IMG/VR virus record: IMGVR_UViG_3300028591_000145
Strand: one strand, 5' to 3'
DNA length: 64,000 nucleotides
Origin: an uncultured virus (IMG/VR IMGVR_UViG_3300028591_000145)
Taxonomy: Duplodnaviria > Heunggongvirae > Uroviricota > Caudoviricetes
Made by a program: the position numbers and the translations under genes. Shown in pieces: positions 20,558-30,327 of the stretch; within the stretch, counting starts at the first letter, position 1, and each line of letters begins with the position of its first letter. Under the pieces are notes generated by a model, which worked only from the letters and a program-made list of their open reading frames with translations, was not told the DNA's origin and did no database searches.

Positions 20558-21024
20558 GTGTAACTATCTACTACATTAAATGCACCTTTAAGATATTTAC
20601 GTTTCAACTTCTTATAAGATATTTGCCCGCCACGTTCATTGATAAGACCATATTCACGTTTGATCTCACCGTAAATATCTCTGTAGACTCTTGACCGCAA
20701 ATCCTTTTCTGCATACGCGTTTGACTTTTTACCGCCAAGAATTTCTACGCCTTTACGCTTTACGGCATTTGATAAGTCATCTGCTTCAGGTGGGAGTAAA
20801 GGATATTCCTCATCAATATCCCTGAACTTTCGGTCAAACTTTGAATTTTTCTGGCTCTGTTCTTTTTCGTACTTTTCTCTTTTTTTGTTTTCATCTACGA
20901 AAGCAAGCACAACTTCATTGATATTTTCAGGAACCAGTTCGCCGTTCATTGCTTTTACAACTAATTCGTTATATTTCATATTTACATATTCCTTTCTATA
21001 TTCTGCTGCAATATTTCTGCCCAA
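20497..21024 (-). CDS. ORF6C-domain (antirepressor-associated) protein
   Basis: LGGKKSNAY.....SRVYRDIY...KRE.G...YK motif. Confidence 0.75.
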   Translation of the reverse strand: MGRNIAAEYRKEYVNMKYNELVVKAMNGELVPENINEVVLAFVDENKKREKYEKEQSQKNSKFDRKFRDIDEEYPLLPPEADDLSNAVKRKGVEILGGKKSNAYAEKDLRSRVYRDIYGEIKREYGLINERGGQISYKKLKRKYLKGAFNVVDSYTCPMALEEEIQSLNDLDDID

Positions 21025-22097
21025 TCGTGAATTGCTTTAACTGCTTTAACGAAATTAACTCGTTCACCATCTGGAAGTTCTGCAATTTTATCTGCTATCC
21101 AAATATATCCACCCATATCACGTACAAATGAGCCACACTGAGCAACGAAGTAGATTGAACCTTCAATAAGTTTTGCTGAGGTTGTCGCTTGCGCTGTTTG
21201 TAATTTCAATTCATCAATTTTATTCTGTAATTCAAGATTTTTTCTTTTTTCCTCGTTTACTTTTTCACGTTCACGTTTATAATCATTCTCGTAAGATGAT
21301 GCAAGTTTTGCTTTTTTCTTATATTCAACGTAATCATCCGGAATGATTTCAACTTCCTTTATTACCTCTTTGACATTCTGCTCTGCCTGTATGCGTTTTG
21401 CTTCTGACTCTGAAAGCGCGGAACGAAGTTTGTTATTTTCTGCCTTTACACTTTTGATTTCGTCAATATAGTTCTGTACTTCTTTACCAGACACTTTTGA
21501 ACTATCAGCAATTTTATCCGCAAGTTGCTTTTGCTCGTCCTCTGGCAACTGTTTTATGATTGATAAAGCAGTTGTCTTACTAACTACACCTGTATCTAAG
21601 AGGTCTTGCATCTCAGGAATCATTTCAGTGAGTTTCATTAGGTTCTTCATGGTGTCTACCGATATGCCTGATTCAGATGCTATCTGTTCTTGCGTTTTCA
21701 CTTCCGAATAATTCGGAAGTGATTCTCCATGAACACCACCGTTATGTACTCCATAGTATTCGTTCAAAAACTTAAACCTGCGACCTTGCTTAATCTCAGA
21801 ATCATCAATCACGCCACGTTGACGAATATTGATTTCAATCAAATCTCTAATCACATCATCTTCGTTAGCATAGTGAACGATTTCAGCGTTGATAACGGAT
21901 ATACCAAGTTCCTTACAAGCCCTTACTCTTTGGTTGCCAGATACAACCCTCATATCATCCGTAACGATTATTGGCGTTCTTACGCCATTTGCCTTAATAG
22001 ATTCGAGTAGACGTTCCCATTTCTCGCCAGATACGTCATCGAAGTAATAATCGTTTTTCGGATGAATAGTAAGGTCTGAAATTTTTAATGTATTCAT
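20982..22097 (-). CDS. ParB N-terminal-domain protein
   Basis: L.IHPKN, LLESIKANGVRTPI, VSGNQRVRACKELG, HTH and coiled-coil tail. Confidence 0.85.
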   Translation of the reverse strand: MNTLKISDLTIHPKNDYYFDDVSGEKWERLLESIKANGVRTPIIVTDDMRVVSGNQRVRACKELGISVINAEIVHYANEDDVIRDLIEINIRQRGVIDDSEIKQGRRFKFLNEYYGVHNGGVHGESLPNYSEVKTQEQIASESGISVDTMKNLMKLTEMIPEMQDLLDTGVVSKTTALSIIKQLPEDEQKQLADKIADSSKVSGKEVQNYIDEIKSVKAENNKLRSALSESEAKRIQAEQNVKEVIKEVEIIPDDYVEYKKKAKLASSYENDYKREREKVNEEKRKNLELQNKIDELKLQTAQATTSAKLIEGSIYFVAQCGSFVRDMGGYIWIADKIAELPDGERVNFVKAVKAIHDWAEILQQNIERNM

Positions 22098-22345
22098 CCA
22101 TTCACCTCATTTGATTCATTTAGAAAAAACTCAATCGGTTTTCCTAGCGCAATCGCCACCTGCTGAACCTTGATAACGCTAGGCGTGTTACGATCCCACT
22201 TGCAAATGCTGCCACGTGGAAACTTCAGCTTTTCTTCAAGACCGCTGATAGTCTCTCCGCATTCCTCACATGCTCGTTTAACATTTTCGTAAATCATAGT
22301 CACCTCATCCTCATTATATGTAATATTTCTGTAACAAAGACGCAA
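22094..22345 (-). CDS. Cro-like repressor (true start probably ~22297)
   Basis: HTH (TISGLEEKLKFPRGSICKWD), divergent from cI; GAGGTG RBS before MIYENVK. Confidence 0.85.
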   Translation of the reverse strand: MRLCYRNITYNEDEVTMIYENVKRACEECGETISGLEEKLKFPRGSICKWDRNTPSVIKVQQVAIALGKPIEFFLNESNEVNG

Positions 22346-22508
22346 AATTTTACGAATAAGTCTTGAAATTCTACGTAAAATATTCTATAATTTGAAGTAC
22401 CACCAACAAATATATAGAAGATTCGGCTTGCGTAAAATCTTGCGCCGTTACTATGTATTATACTCAATATTTTACGCATGTCAATAGTCTTTTGCGTATT
22501 TTTTTACT
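22341..22508. promoter_or_regulatory. Lysis/lysogeny switch: five 14-bp operators and two promoters
   Basis: Variants of palindrome CGTAAAATTTTACG at 22341, 22374, 22431, 22463 and 22495; plus-strand TTGAAA-N17-TATAAT (22363-22391); minus-strand TTGACA-N16-TATAAT (22484-22457). Confidence 0.8.
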
Positions 22509-22519
22509 GAGGGTATAGT

Positions 22520-22960
22520 ATGGGTATTTATGAGCGGATAAAAATCGCTGCCGAGCGAAAAGGAATGAGTATTAGCAAGGTTGAAAAGGCGCTAGGACTT
22601 CCACGCAGTTCAATCAGTAAGTACAATAAGAACCAACCTAGCGCGATCAAGATTTCCCAGATAGCAAACCTATTAGGTACAACAAGTGGCTATTTGCTAG
22701 GAGAAACAGACGATATATCATCGTCAATGGAACAGTTCATAAGAATTACTTCTAATATAGGAAATAAAATTTCGTGCGATGAAGCAAAAATCATTGAAGC
22801 ATTTAGAAAAGCCGATGAAATTGACCAACGGTCAGTTTTAAGAATCCTCGGACTTGAAGACAAGAAGAACGAACCGCAACTTTTAGCAGCGCACGAGCGG
22901 AAAGGCGTGAACGATTCGAATATTGAAGAACTCCGCAAAAATGATATTGATATGCTCTAA
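22520..22960 (+). CDS. CI-like (ImmR-type) repressor
   Basis: XRE HTH N-terminus, C-terminal LAAH motif, upstream of an ImmA-like gene. Confidence 0.88.
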   Translation: MGIYERIKIAAERKGMSISKVEKALGLPRSSISKYNKNQPSAIKISQIANLLGTTSGYLLGETDDISSSMEQFIRITSNIGNKISCDEAKIIEAFRKADEIDQRSVLRILGLEDKKNEPQLLAAHERKGVNDSNIEELRKNDIDML

Positions 22961-22980
22961 GATAAGGCAGGTGAATATGA

Positions 22981-23448
22981 TTGACAGAATTTGAAAGGCT
23001 GGCATATGAAGCTGAAAAGGACGGTTTGACAGTTGTAGAAGTTCCGTTTCAATGTTTTGACGGGCTTATAAAAGGAAGGAAAATCGGAATTAGAAGTAGC
23101 ATCGAGACATACGCACAAAAAGCAGATGTGTTAGCTGAAGAACTAGGACATGCAAAATTGAATGTCGGAAATATCCTTGACTTATCTGAACTAAGCAATA
23201 GGAAACAGGAATATATTGCCCGGATGTGGGCATATGATAAAAGGATAGGGCTTGACGGGATTATAAAGGCATATAAGTGTGGATGTTGCTCGCTGAGAGA
23301 ATGTGCAGAATGCTTAGACACATCGGAAGAATTTCTGGAAGAAGCACTGGAAATGTATCGCAGAAAATACGGTTGCTCTGTCGAGTATGAAGGATATGAA
23401 ATACACTTCGAACCTCGACTTGTAGTATATGAACTTGAAAAGAACTGA
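22981..23448 (+). CDS. ImmA/IrrE-family metallopeptidase
   Basis: LAEELGH...KQE..AR motif and position between repressor and integrase. Confidence 0.85.
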   Translation: MTEFERLAYEAEKDGLTVVEVPFQCFDGLIKGRKIGIRSSIETYAQKADVLAEELGHAKLNVGNILDLSELSNRKQEYIARMWAYDKRIGLDGIIKAYKCGCCSLRECAECLDTSEEFLEEALEMYRRKYGCSVEYEGYEIHFEPRLVVYELEKN

Positions 23449-23460
23449 AAGGAGAAATGC

Positions 23461-24189
23461 ATGAGGAAAACAAATCTATTTTCAATTATCGCCGCAGTCG
23501 GTATTTTTGTGGCAGCTACACCAGTTATAGCAGATGTAGAGGTGAACTACGCTGATTTTAACCCATATGCTTCTTATGGTGGGAATTATATGGCTTGTCC
23601 GATTGCTGAAGTTGTAAACACAGGAGAGAAACCTGTACGGTTACAAGATATTTGTTTTAATGTTGAAGACAGTGAAAATAGGCTTATGAAAACAATAGAT
23701 ATGTGTAGTTGTGTTCCATGCGTCCTGTCTCCCGGCGAATCTGGCTATCTGTTTAAGCAGAACACACAAGTTAGCGATATTGCGAATCCGTTTGACTGTC
23801 ACATAGTACCGCAATTTAGTGAACAAGAATATGCGGAAGAAAACTATAGGTGTGAATTATCAGATGTTGCTATGAACATTTTGAATGGAGATAAATATGA
23901 AGTAGTCGGAAGAGCCACGAATACAAGCGGTTCAACTATTTATAGCGTACAGCCGTATACAATATGGTTTGATACTAACAAGCGGTGTATTGGAGTTTCT
24001 GTGGCAAGACGTTTAAACGAGATGCAACCTAATGAACAACAAGCGTTTACGATAGAAGCTAGAACCGCTTTTATGGAAGATCAGACGAAAATCGCCACTT
24101 ACAAAATTATTGTAGAAGAAATACCGAGAGTTGTTATCACACCACCACCTGTACATATTCCGTATAGCGAAATGGAAAACGCAGAATGA
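23461..24189 (+). CDS. Exported protein with two beta-rich FxLYD-like domains (candidate superinfection exclusion)
   Basis: Signal peptide; EVVNTG and GRATNTSG repeats; located in the lysogeny module. Confidence 0.6.
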   Translation: MRKTNLFSIIAAVGIFVAATPVIADVEVNYADFNPYASYGGNYMACPIAEVVNTGEKPVRLQDICFNVEDSENRLMKTIDMCSCVPCVLSPGESGYLFKQNTQVSDIANPFDCHIVPQFSEQEYAEENYRCELSDVAMNILNGDKYEVVGRATNTSGSTIYSVQPYTIWFDTNKRCIGVSVARRLNEMQPNEQQAFTIEARTAFMEDQTKIATYKIIVEEIPRVVITPPPVHIPYSEMENAE

Positions 24190-24341
24190 ACATATGAGAA
24201 AAGCCACTACCTGTCGGCTATACAGATAGTGGCTAATCCCGTTTTGATTTTCCTTTATCGCTTATTAAAGATGATTATACCAGAACGGGAGACATATCGC
24301 AAGCATCTGTATTTATTGCGCTCAAAAATTAGGAGAATACT

Positions 24342-25358
24342 ATGGCAACTGCAAAGAAACTTCCATCTGGTAACTATAGATGTACCGTTTATATAGGAAA
24401 AGACGAATCAGGAAAGAAGAAGTATAAGACGTTTACAGACCCGGATAAGCGTAGATGCGAACGGATTGCATCAGAATATGTAGACGAGCATCGAACCGTC
24501 AGAAATACCGGAACATTTGAATCCGCTATGAGTACATATTTTGAAGCGAAAACAGCCGTTTTAAGCCCTTCTACGATTAGAGGGTATAAATGTACCGAAA
24601 GATACCTAAAACTGCATCACAGCGCATTCTGCGACGTCAAAATAGGTAATGTGGATAGAGAAATGCTTCAGTCCGTGGTAAATGACATGACAAAGCGGAT
24701 CAAGCCTAAGACGATTCGTAATCATATCGGTTTTATATCTGCTGTTATGGACTATCAGGGCTACGCAATGCCTAAGATCACTCTTCCTGAAAAGAAGAAA
24801 CCGGAACTGCATATACCGGATACGAAAGACGTAAAACGGATAATCGAGCATGTAGAAGGAACTGAGATGGAAATACCCGTTTTGTTGGCTGCTTTCGCTC
24901 CGCTACGTAGAAGTGAGATATGCGGTTTGACTCTGGATGACATTGACGGAGATACAATTCATGTCAGACATGCAGTCGTGATTACGGACGATTTTGAGAC
25001 AGTTGTAAAAGGAACTAAAACCTATGAATCCGATAGGTATATTCTCATGCAGCATGATATTGTCCAGAAAATTAGAGATAAGGGATATGTGACGGATATA
25101 AAGAACCCGAACATCATTACATCGCGGTTTGAGAAGATTGCAAAAGACTTAGACTTGACTGGAATGCGGTTCCACGATCTACGGCACTGGTGTGCGTCCT
25201 ACTTACATGCTCAAGGTGTACCGGACGAATACATCCTTGCAAGAGGTGGATGGAAAACTGACCATGTACTCAAATCGGTTTATCGGCATGAACTAGCATC
25301 AGAACATGACAGGTGGAATAAGCAGATAAACAGCGGATTCAGCAATATCATGCGCTGA
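24342..25358 (+). CDS. int: Tyrosine integrase
   Basis: LRRSEI, RFHDLRH, GGW, VYRH catalytic residues. Confidence 0.95.
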   Translation: MATAKKLPSGNYRCTVYIGKDESGKKKYKTFTDPDKRRCERIASEYVDEHRTVRNTGTFESAMSTYFEAKTAVLSPSTIRGYKCTERYLKLHHSAFCDVKIGNVDREMLQSVVNDMTKRIKPKTIRNHIGFISAVMDYQGYAMPKITLPEKKKPELHIPDTKDVKRIIEHVEGTEMEIPVLLAAFAPLRRSEICGLTLDDIDGDTIHVRHAVVITDDFETVVKGTKTYESDRYILMQHDIVQKIRDKGYVTDIKNPNIITSRFEKIAKDLDLTGMRFHDLRHWCASYLHAQGVPDEYILARGGWKTDHVLKSVYRHELASEHDRWNKQINSGFSNIMR

Positions 25359-25362
25359 TTTA

Positions 25363-25614
25363 GGTTGTCTCGCTCGTTGTCCATCGAGTAAAACACGTTC
25401 ACAAGCTGCAAAACCTATTCACAATATGTGTAAGTTATTCACTAAAAAACAGGCAAAATTTGTTTAAAATAGACAAAAAAATAGGGCTGAATCCTTGAAT
25501 TTAAAGGATTTTCAGCCCTTTTCTGCGGAAGACGGGACTTGAACCCATCTTAAAAATCAATAAGCCCTTATTTTATAAGGCTTTGTTGAATCGCTCGTTG
25601 TCTTTCATGTTGTA
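25363..25614. other. attP: tRNA 3'-end core with flanking arm-type repeats
   Basis: Minus strand GGGTTCAAGTCCCGTCTTCCGCA (25524-25546) is a T-arm plus acceptor 3' half; TCGCTCGTTGTC direct repeat at 25370 and 25591. Confidence 0.8.
25475..25522 (-). terminator. Rho-independent terminator next to the att core
   Basis: AGGGCTGAA...TTCAGCCCT stem followed by a T-run on the minus strand. Confidence 0.75.
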
Positions 25615-25625
25615 TTGTATGCGAT

Positions 25626-26921
25626 TTACATATAATCCACGTAATCCGCGCAGACGAATCCATACTTTTCCTGATACTTAATGTAATACCAGTTCCGTCC
25701 ATTACTATCTTTCAGTGTATCACAGATACCTACGATTGTACCATCTTTAATTGGAGAAAAGCTGACCGTAGGATTGTCTGTACCTGCCCATGTCCTGACG
25801 TTCAGAGATTTAGCAGTAACTACGCCATTTTTCTTTACTGTCTCATTCAGTGTAGGCGTATCGTTCGTTACGGAAGTTGAACCTGTCGAATCATAATTCG
25901 GTCTACCGTACCCGGCTATACGTGAATTGTACAACTTGTACGACTTCTTACAAACGCCGCCACCATTCGGAATCACTTGCTCACCTGCGGAAGTATTTCC
26001 TTCTATAGTATATACGTTTTCGCTGTCCACCTTGTATACGATACCTGTATGACAGATACGCTCCGAATTCTGGAAATAGATTACATCGCCCCTCTTCGGA
26101 TTATTCGGATGCCATTGCCCTTTATCCTTAAAACATTGTGCTGATTCAGGCGTATAGAAGGAATGCAGACCGCCGCAAAGGAGTTTATTCGCTACGGATT
26201 CACCGTATGCATGTTTGAAACACCATGACACGAAACAATCACACCATGCTTGCCCCTGAAGAGATTTGTCCATCTCTGTCCAATATTTCGTGTAATTTTC
26301 CTGCCCTGCGTTTCCGGTCTTGCTGTCAAGCTGATTATTCGATGCCTTTTCCAGATAGCCGACTTCAGCAGACGCGACTTCAATCACCTTGTCAGGAGAT
26401 ATGCCTGTGCTTTTCGGTTTAACTGTCTCATTCTTAGGCGTAGTTGCGTTAATCTTCTTATACGCATCGGCAGTATATCCGAACGGATCACTGTTAGGCG
26501 TAGGGAACATATAGAATGTATATGTACTTCCGTAACGATTTTTCAGTACAGTCACATTCTGGATATACTGTGTTCTGTCGCGTTTATCAAACGGCACACC
26601 ATTATTAGTTGCGGATTTGATATCTGACAGACAGTCATGCTCATTGATGTATGCCGGAAAAACTCTTTTTTCTTTTACCAGAACATCTTTCGTAGTCTCA
26701 CAGGCTTTCTTACTGGATTCTCCGTAATCCATCCAATATTCAGATTTAGAGAACCATTGTCCATATCTGATGAACTTATAGATATCATCGTACTTTGTTT
26801 GCAATTCAAACAGATTAGCCATAAGTGATACCTCATAGGCAACACATGCTTCTCCATTTTCTTGTACCGCAAGATTAGCTATCTGCTTTATCTGTGAATC
26901 TGTCAGTTTATACTTTTTCAT
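25626..26921 (-). CDS. Endolysin (N-terminal domain + CHAP + SH3-like cell-wall-binding domain)
   Basis: AWCDCFVSW...HTGIV...TIEGNT CHAP motif; LNVR...WYYI...GFV SH3b pattern. Confidence 0.9.
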   Translation of the reverse strand: MKKYKLTDSQIKQIANLAVQENGEACVAYEVSLMANLFELQTKYDDIYKFIRYGQWFSKSEYWMDYGESSKKACETTKDVLVKEKRVFPAYINEHDCLSDIKSATNNGVPFDKRDRTQYIQNVTVLKNRYGSTYTFYMFPTPNSDPFGYTADAYKKINATTPKNETVKPKSTGISPDKVIEVASAEVGYLEKASNNQLDSKTGNAGQENYTKYWTEMDKSLQGQAWCDCFVSWCFKHAYGESVANKLLCGGLHSFYTPESAQCFKDKGQWHPNNPKRGDVIYFQNSERICHTGIVYKVDSENVYTIEGNTSAGEQVIPNGGGVCKKSYKLYNSRIAGYGRPNYDSTGSTSVTNDTPTLNETVKKNGVVTAKSLNVRTWAGTDNPTVSFSPIKDGTIVGICDTLKDSNGRNWYYIKYQEKYGFVCADYVDYM

Positions 26922-26957
26922 AACAACACCTCTCTTAAATAAAAAAGGTGGGAGCAG

Positions 26958-27296
26958 TTACGCCCCCAACATCTTTACATTACCTTTAGCTTCTTCAATT
27001 CTCAGTTCTTTAACGAAACTCTCAATCAGAATGTCAATCTGCTCATCTGTAAGCGGGATTTTCAGTTCATCCCGTATATCTTTCGCATACTGCATGACGA
27101 ATGCTTTGCGTTCTTCACCTGTCTTAGCAGACATTGTTTGCTGTGCAAAGTATACGGCACTTTTAATCCATTTAGCAGCTTCGGCAATTTTATCATCACC
27201 AATAGCATTTCTAAATAGCGGAACAAGATAACGTGTGATAAGAACTGCACATACCATAGCTACAATTTTGACGATTTCAAATGTAATGTCATTCAT
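26958..27296 (-). CDS. Holin, LL-H-like
   Basis: N-terminal TM segment, AV.FAQQ....GEERK, IE..V; directly upstream of the lysin. Confidence 0.8.
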   Translation of the reverse strand: MNDITFEIVKIVAMVCAVLITRYLVPLFRNAIGDDKIAEAAKWIKSAVYFAQQTMSAKTGEERKAFVMQYAKDIRDELKIPLTDEQIDILIESFVKELRIEEAKGNVKMLGA

Positions 27297-27314
27297 AATT
27301 CATACCTCTTTCTT

Positions 27315-27689
27315 TTAACCTTCGGACTGTTCTTCTTCAGTGTCCATATTTGATTGTTGTATCTTCAACAGGTTTTCAGCTTTGCTTTTATGTTCATATG
27401 CCCAAAAACCTGCCGTAAGCGTTGCGCTAATACCGATAAGTGCATACAGTGCATTTAAGTCATTTGTTTTGAACATCATGTATTCCGCAAAAATAATAAT
27501 CTCAAATGCAATGAATACTAAAGCTGCCATGAGTATCTTAGAAGTAGTAAATTTTTTCTGCTTCTTATACCGGGCTTTTTGTTCTTCTTCTCTGTATTCA
27601 TCTCTAAGATTTTGAAGCGCAATTTCTTCCATTTTCATTTCATGTTCGCGGTCTATTGTATCTTTTATTGTATCATATTTTTGTCCCAT
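27315..27689 (-). CDS. Two-TM membrane protein of the lysis module
   Basis: Two hydrophobic helices, Y..KSKAEN motif. Confidence 0.65.
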   Translation of the reverse strand: MGQKYDTIKDTIDREHEMKMEEIALQNLRDEYREEEQKARYKKQKKFTTSKILMAALVFIAFEIIIFAEYMMFKTNDLNALYALIGISATLTAGFWAYEHKSKAENLLKIQQSNMDTEEEQSEG

Positions 27690-27703
27690 AATAAATTACC
27701 TCA

Positions 27704-28183
27704 TCATAAGAAATCATGTTTCTCTAGTCTTTCCGCATAATTCGATTTAAGATATGAAATCGTTGCGGATGTGATATTGTTGCGAAAATCTTCGTTATCT
27801 TTACAATAATCCTCATATGTGTCACAGTCAATCAAAACTTGTGACCATGAATCTTTACTGTGTCCGCGATTTTCCATCATCTCATCTGCGAATCGTAATA
27901 TACGGATTCTGGATGAAATTGCATTTCGTTCATCACCTTTTTTATCTACCAGTTCAATTTTCTGGTCAAGTGTGTTGAACCTGTCATCTACCTTTTTGTC
28001 GAGTTTTTCTATAGCCTGAATGACCTCTTTATTTTTATCTTTTCTTTCATCATTCCGTCTTATAATAAACTCTATAAAACCAATAATTCCACCGCCTAAC
28101 AATCCACCTATGATTGTCATTAAAAGTTGTTGATCCATTTCTTTATACCTCATTCCTTTATGATTTATATATAAAAAATCCAC
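27704..28183 (-). CDS. Membrane-anchored lysis-module protein (true start probably ~28138)
   Basis: Gly-rich TM segment, coiled coil, RIRILRFADE motif. Confidence 0.65.
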   Translation of the reverse strand: MDFLYINHKGMRYKEMDQQLLMTIIGGLLGGGIIGFIEFIIRRNDERKDKNKEVIQAIEKLDKKVDDRFNTLDQKIELVDKKGDERNAISSRIRILRFADEMMENRGHSKDSWSQVLIDCDTYEDYCKDNEDFRNNITSATISYLKSNYAERLEKHDFL

Positions 28184-28206
28184 CGGATAGATTTCCGATG
28201 GATTTC
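28173..28206 (-). terminator. Terminator closing the accessory cassette
   Basis: AAATCCATCGGA-loop-TCCGGTGGATTT followed by Ts. Confidence 0.7.
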
Positions 28207-28211
28207 TGTTC

Positions 28212-28637
28212 TCAAAGTCTATTTATTGCATTTCTCAGTGCTTCACGCTCTGTTTCTGTTGTTGCTTCATTATTCATCATCTGTTCAAGCCGCATCCTGA
28301 GATTTTCAGTTCTGCTATAACCATTGTCATTCATATTGTGCATATAATGATAATCTTTATCTCTACTATATTTCAATCCATTAAAGCGATAACTATTGCC
28401 GTTCATTATCTCGTTATCGTAATAATGCGGATAATACATTCGGTTTGAATAACCGCCATTTTCTTCATCCTGATAATCATGCATTGCAAGAACTGTTTCA
28501 ATATCTTTTGCAATGTCTACCAACTTATCAAGATAATCTAAACATTTATCATCAAGTTCACCTTTGCGGTTTACAGCTTTAATTTCCTTCTCGACCATTT
28601 CTAATGTGTCGGTATATGTTCTAATCATATCTGCCAT
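28212..28637 (-). CDS. Cassette protein: helical N-terminus, Tyr/Asn/Gly low-complexity middle
   Basis: LDKLVDIAKDI...GYS repeats...E.EREALR. Confidence 0.75.
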   Translation of the reverse strand: MADMIRTYTDTLEMVEKEIKAVNRKGELDDKCLDYLDKLVDIAKDIETVLAMHDYQDEENGGYSNRMYYPHYYDNEIMNGNSYRFNGLKYSRDKDYHYMHNMNDNGYSRTENLRMRLEQMMNNEATTETEREALRNAINRL

Positions 28638-28653
28638 TTTGTGTTCCTCTCTT

Positions 28654-29121
28654 TCACGAAATCCGTGTAATTACTAGGTTTGAATTGATTACGTTTATCA
28701 CAGGTGTAGGTGTAACTGTTGGGTCTGTCGAACCATTTACATATTCTACGGATAAACTAAAACAACAACCTCTCGGAACACGTATAATAGCTGTACTTGT
28801 CACATTGCCGTATGTATCTACTGCTGTGGGAGAACTAATCGCTCTACTTGTTGGTCTTTGTTCACCATTTACAGTAATCGCAACTGCTATAGGTGTAACT
28901 GCTCCACCTGTAGGAATACTTACGTTCCCATTGTATGTGACCTGATATGTAGCGTATTTGGCACACTGATTGTTTACGATACCTCTCAGAATAGCAATTC
29001 CTGAACCGTTTTCATGAATAACATAACCACGATTGCAAGGAATAGAATCATAGAAGTTTATAGGACTATTCAGCCCAATTTGCTGTACTTCATTGTATAT
29101 GTACTCAGCCAAGGTACGCAC
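28654..29121 (-). CDS. Cassette protein: predicted beta-sandwich (BclA-CTD/C1q-like by pattern)
   Basis: Beta-strand-rich, YQVTYNGNV, GCC, NSNLVITRI. Confidence 0.65.
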   Translation of the reverse strand: MRTLAEYIYNEVQQIGLNSPINFYDSIPCNRGYVIHENGSGIAILRGIVNNQCAKYATYQVTYNGNVSIPTGGAVTPIAVAITVNGEQRPTSRAISSPTAVDTYGNVTSTAIIRVPRGCCFSLSVEYVNGSTDPTVTPTPVINVINSNLVITRIS

Positions 29122-29128
29122 CCCCCTA

Positions 29129-29995
29129 TCAAGCTACGGCGCATCCACAATTGTTATATACTGTTCCGCATCCACATCCGTTAGGATTCTGAACAACATA
29201 TGCAGGAATAGGTGCTTTCGGCATAAGCATTGCAGTCTGTGCTGCATTATCTGCAAGAATCTGTGCTGTCTGCTGACTCTGAGAAGCTGCAAGGTTCTGC
29301 ATATTAAGCTGTGTGCGAAGATTAGCAATCGTTTCATTCTTTGCGTCAATCTTATCTTGACATAACTGATCTTTAAGAGACTGAATACCACCATTGATGA
29401 CATTTATGATTGCCGTTGTATTAGCAACGCCCTGTGCAGTTACATCCTGAAGTGCTGATGTTACAGCCTGACGGTCTGCGCATGCTTCACTTGCAACGGT
29501 ATATTTGAGGTCTGCTGTAGCCGCCCTGTTATCACAACAACACTGAGCAAGTTGTGCCTGAAGTGCATTGTTACCACTCATAATTGCTGTCTGGGTAGCA
29601 AAATTCTGGTTCATGTCTGCAATCTGTCTTGCATTTGCGGAAATCTCAGACTGTGCAAATCCGTTTGCAATCGCGCCATTAACGGTTGCAAACCCATTGC
29701 AAAGAGACTGCTGTACACCTGCAAATCCATTGCAAAGTCCTGTCTGGATACCATTGATACCACCTGTCAGTGTAGCCTGATCAAAGCCTCTCTGGACGTC
29801 ATTTGCTACGTATGTCGTTCCGTTGCCGCCACCGTATCCATTATTCCATCCGTTGTTTCCGAGGAGCAGAAGAATGAAAAGGAGCCAAAAACCTTCGTTT
29901 CCGAAAGCATTACCAAGACCACCACCATTACCATAACCATAACCTGATGGTTGAACAAGCATAGTGGTGTCAACATTAGAATCTGTCAATGCCAT
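29129..29995 (-). CDS. Cassette protein: Gly-rich/hydrophobic N-terminus, CCC motif, coiled coil, Cys-rich tail
   Basis: GNGGG..FWLLFILLLLG..GGG; LAQCCCD; NGCGCG...CGC. Confidence 0.85.
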   Translation of the reverse strand: MALTDSNVDTTMLVQPSGYGYGNGGGLGNAFGNEGFWLLFILLLLGNNGWNNGYGGGNGTTYVANDVQRGFDQATLTGGINGIQTGLCNGFAGVQQSLCNGFATVNGAIANGFAQSEISANARQIADMNQNFATQTAIMSGNNALQAQLAQCCCDNRAATADLKYTVASEACADRQAVTSALQDVTAQGVANTTAIINVINGGIQSLKDQLCQDKIDAKNETIANLRTQLNMQNLAASQSQQTAQILADNAAQTAMLMPKAPIPAYVVQNPNGCGCGTVYNNCGCAVA

Positions 29996-30064
29996 ATAGC
30001 ACCAACCTTTCTACCGCATAACTTTTAGCGGTCAAGCGGCTACTCATCCCAATCGAGTAGTCGG
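29996..30064 (-). promoter_or_regulatory. Two-hairpin leader motif, copy A
   Basis: CCGACTACTC-loop-GAGTAGCCG-CTTG-ACCGC-loop-GCGGT-AGAAAGG...ATG. Confidence 0.75.
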
Positions 30065-30112
30065 AGTTAATGAGTTACTATATATAAATCCATAAAGGAA
30101 TTATATTCGTAG

Positions 30113-30322
30113 TCATTTTCCTAGCATTTGCCACATCTGCAATGCTTGCTGATATTTTTGGTTGTAATAATCTTGTGAAACTTTTCCAGAATTAAGAAGA
30201 TTTTGAGCGAACTGCTGTGGGCTATTCCCATTTAGTTGCTGTTTGATTTGATTCATTTGATTTATTATATTAGAGGTATTTTGAAATGAATTTCTATTAA
30301 AGATATTAAACAATGTATTCAT
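30113..30322 (-). CDS. Cassette protein, small Gln/Asn-rich helical
   Basis: PQQFAQNLLNSGKVSQ..YNQ. Confidence 0.7.
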   Translation of the reverse strand: MNTLFNIFNRNSFQNTSNIINQMNQIKQQLNGNSPQQFAQNLLNSGKVSQDYYNQKYQQALQMWQMLGK

Positions 30323-30327
30323 AATCG

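Noticed and set aside
23130..23151. ImmA motif EELGH instead of HExxH as a sign of inactivation
   Set aside because: To my knowledge this variant is common in Firmicute prophage ImmA-like proteins
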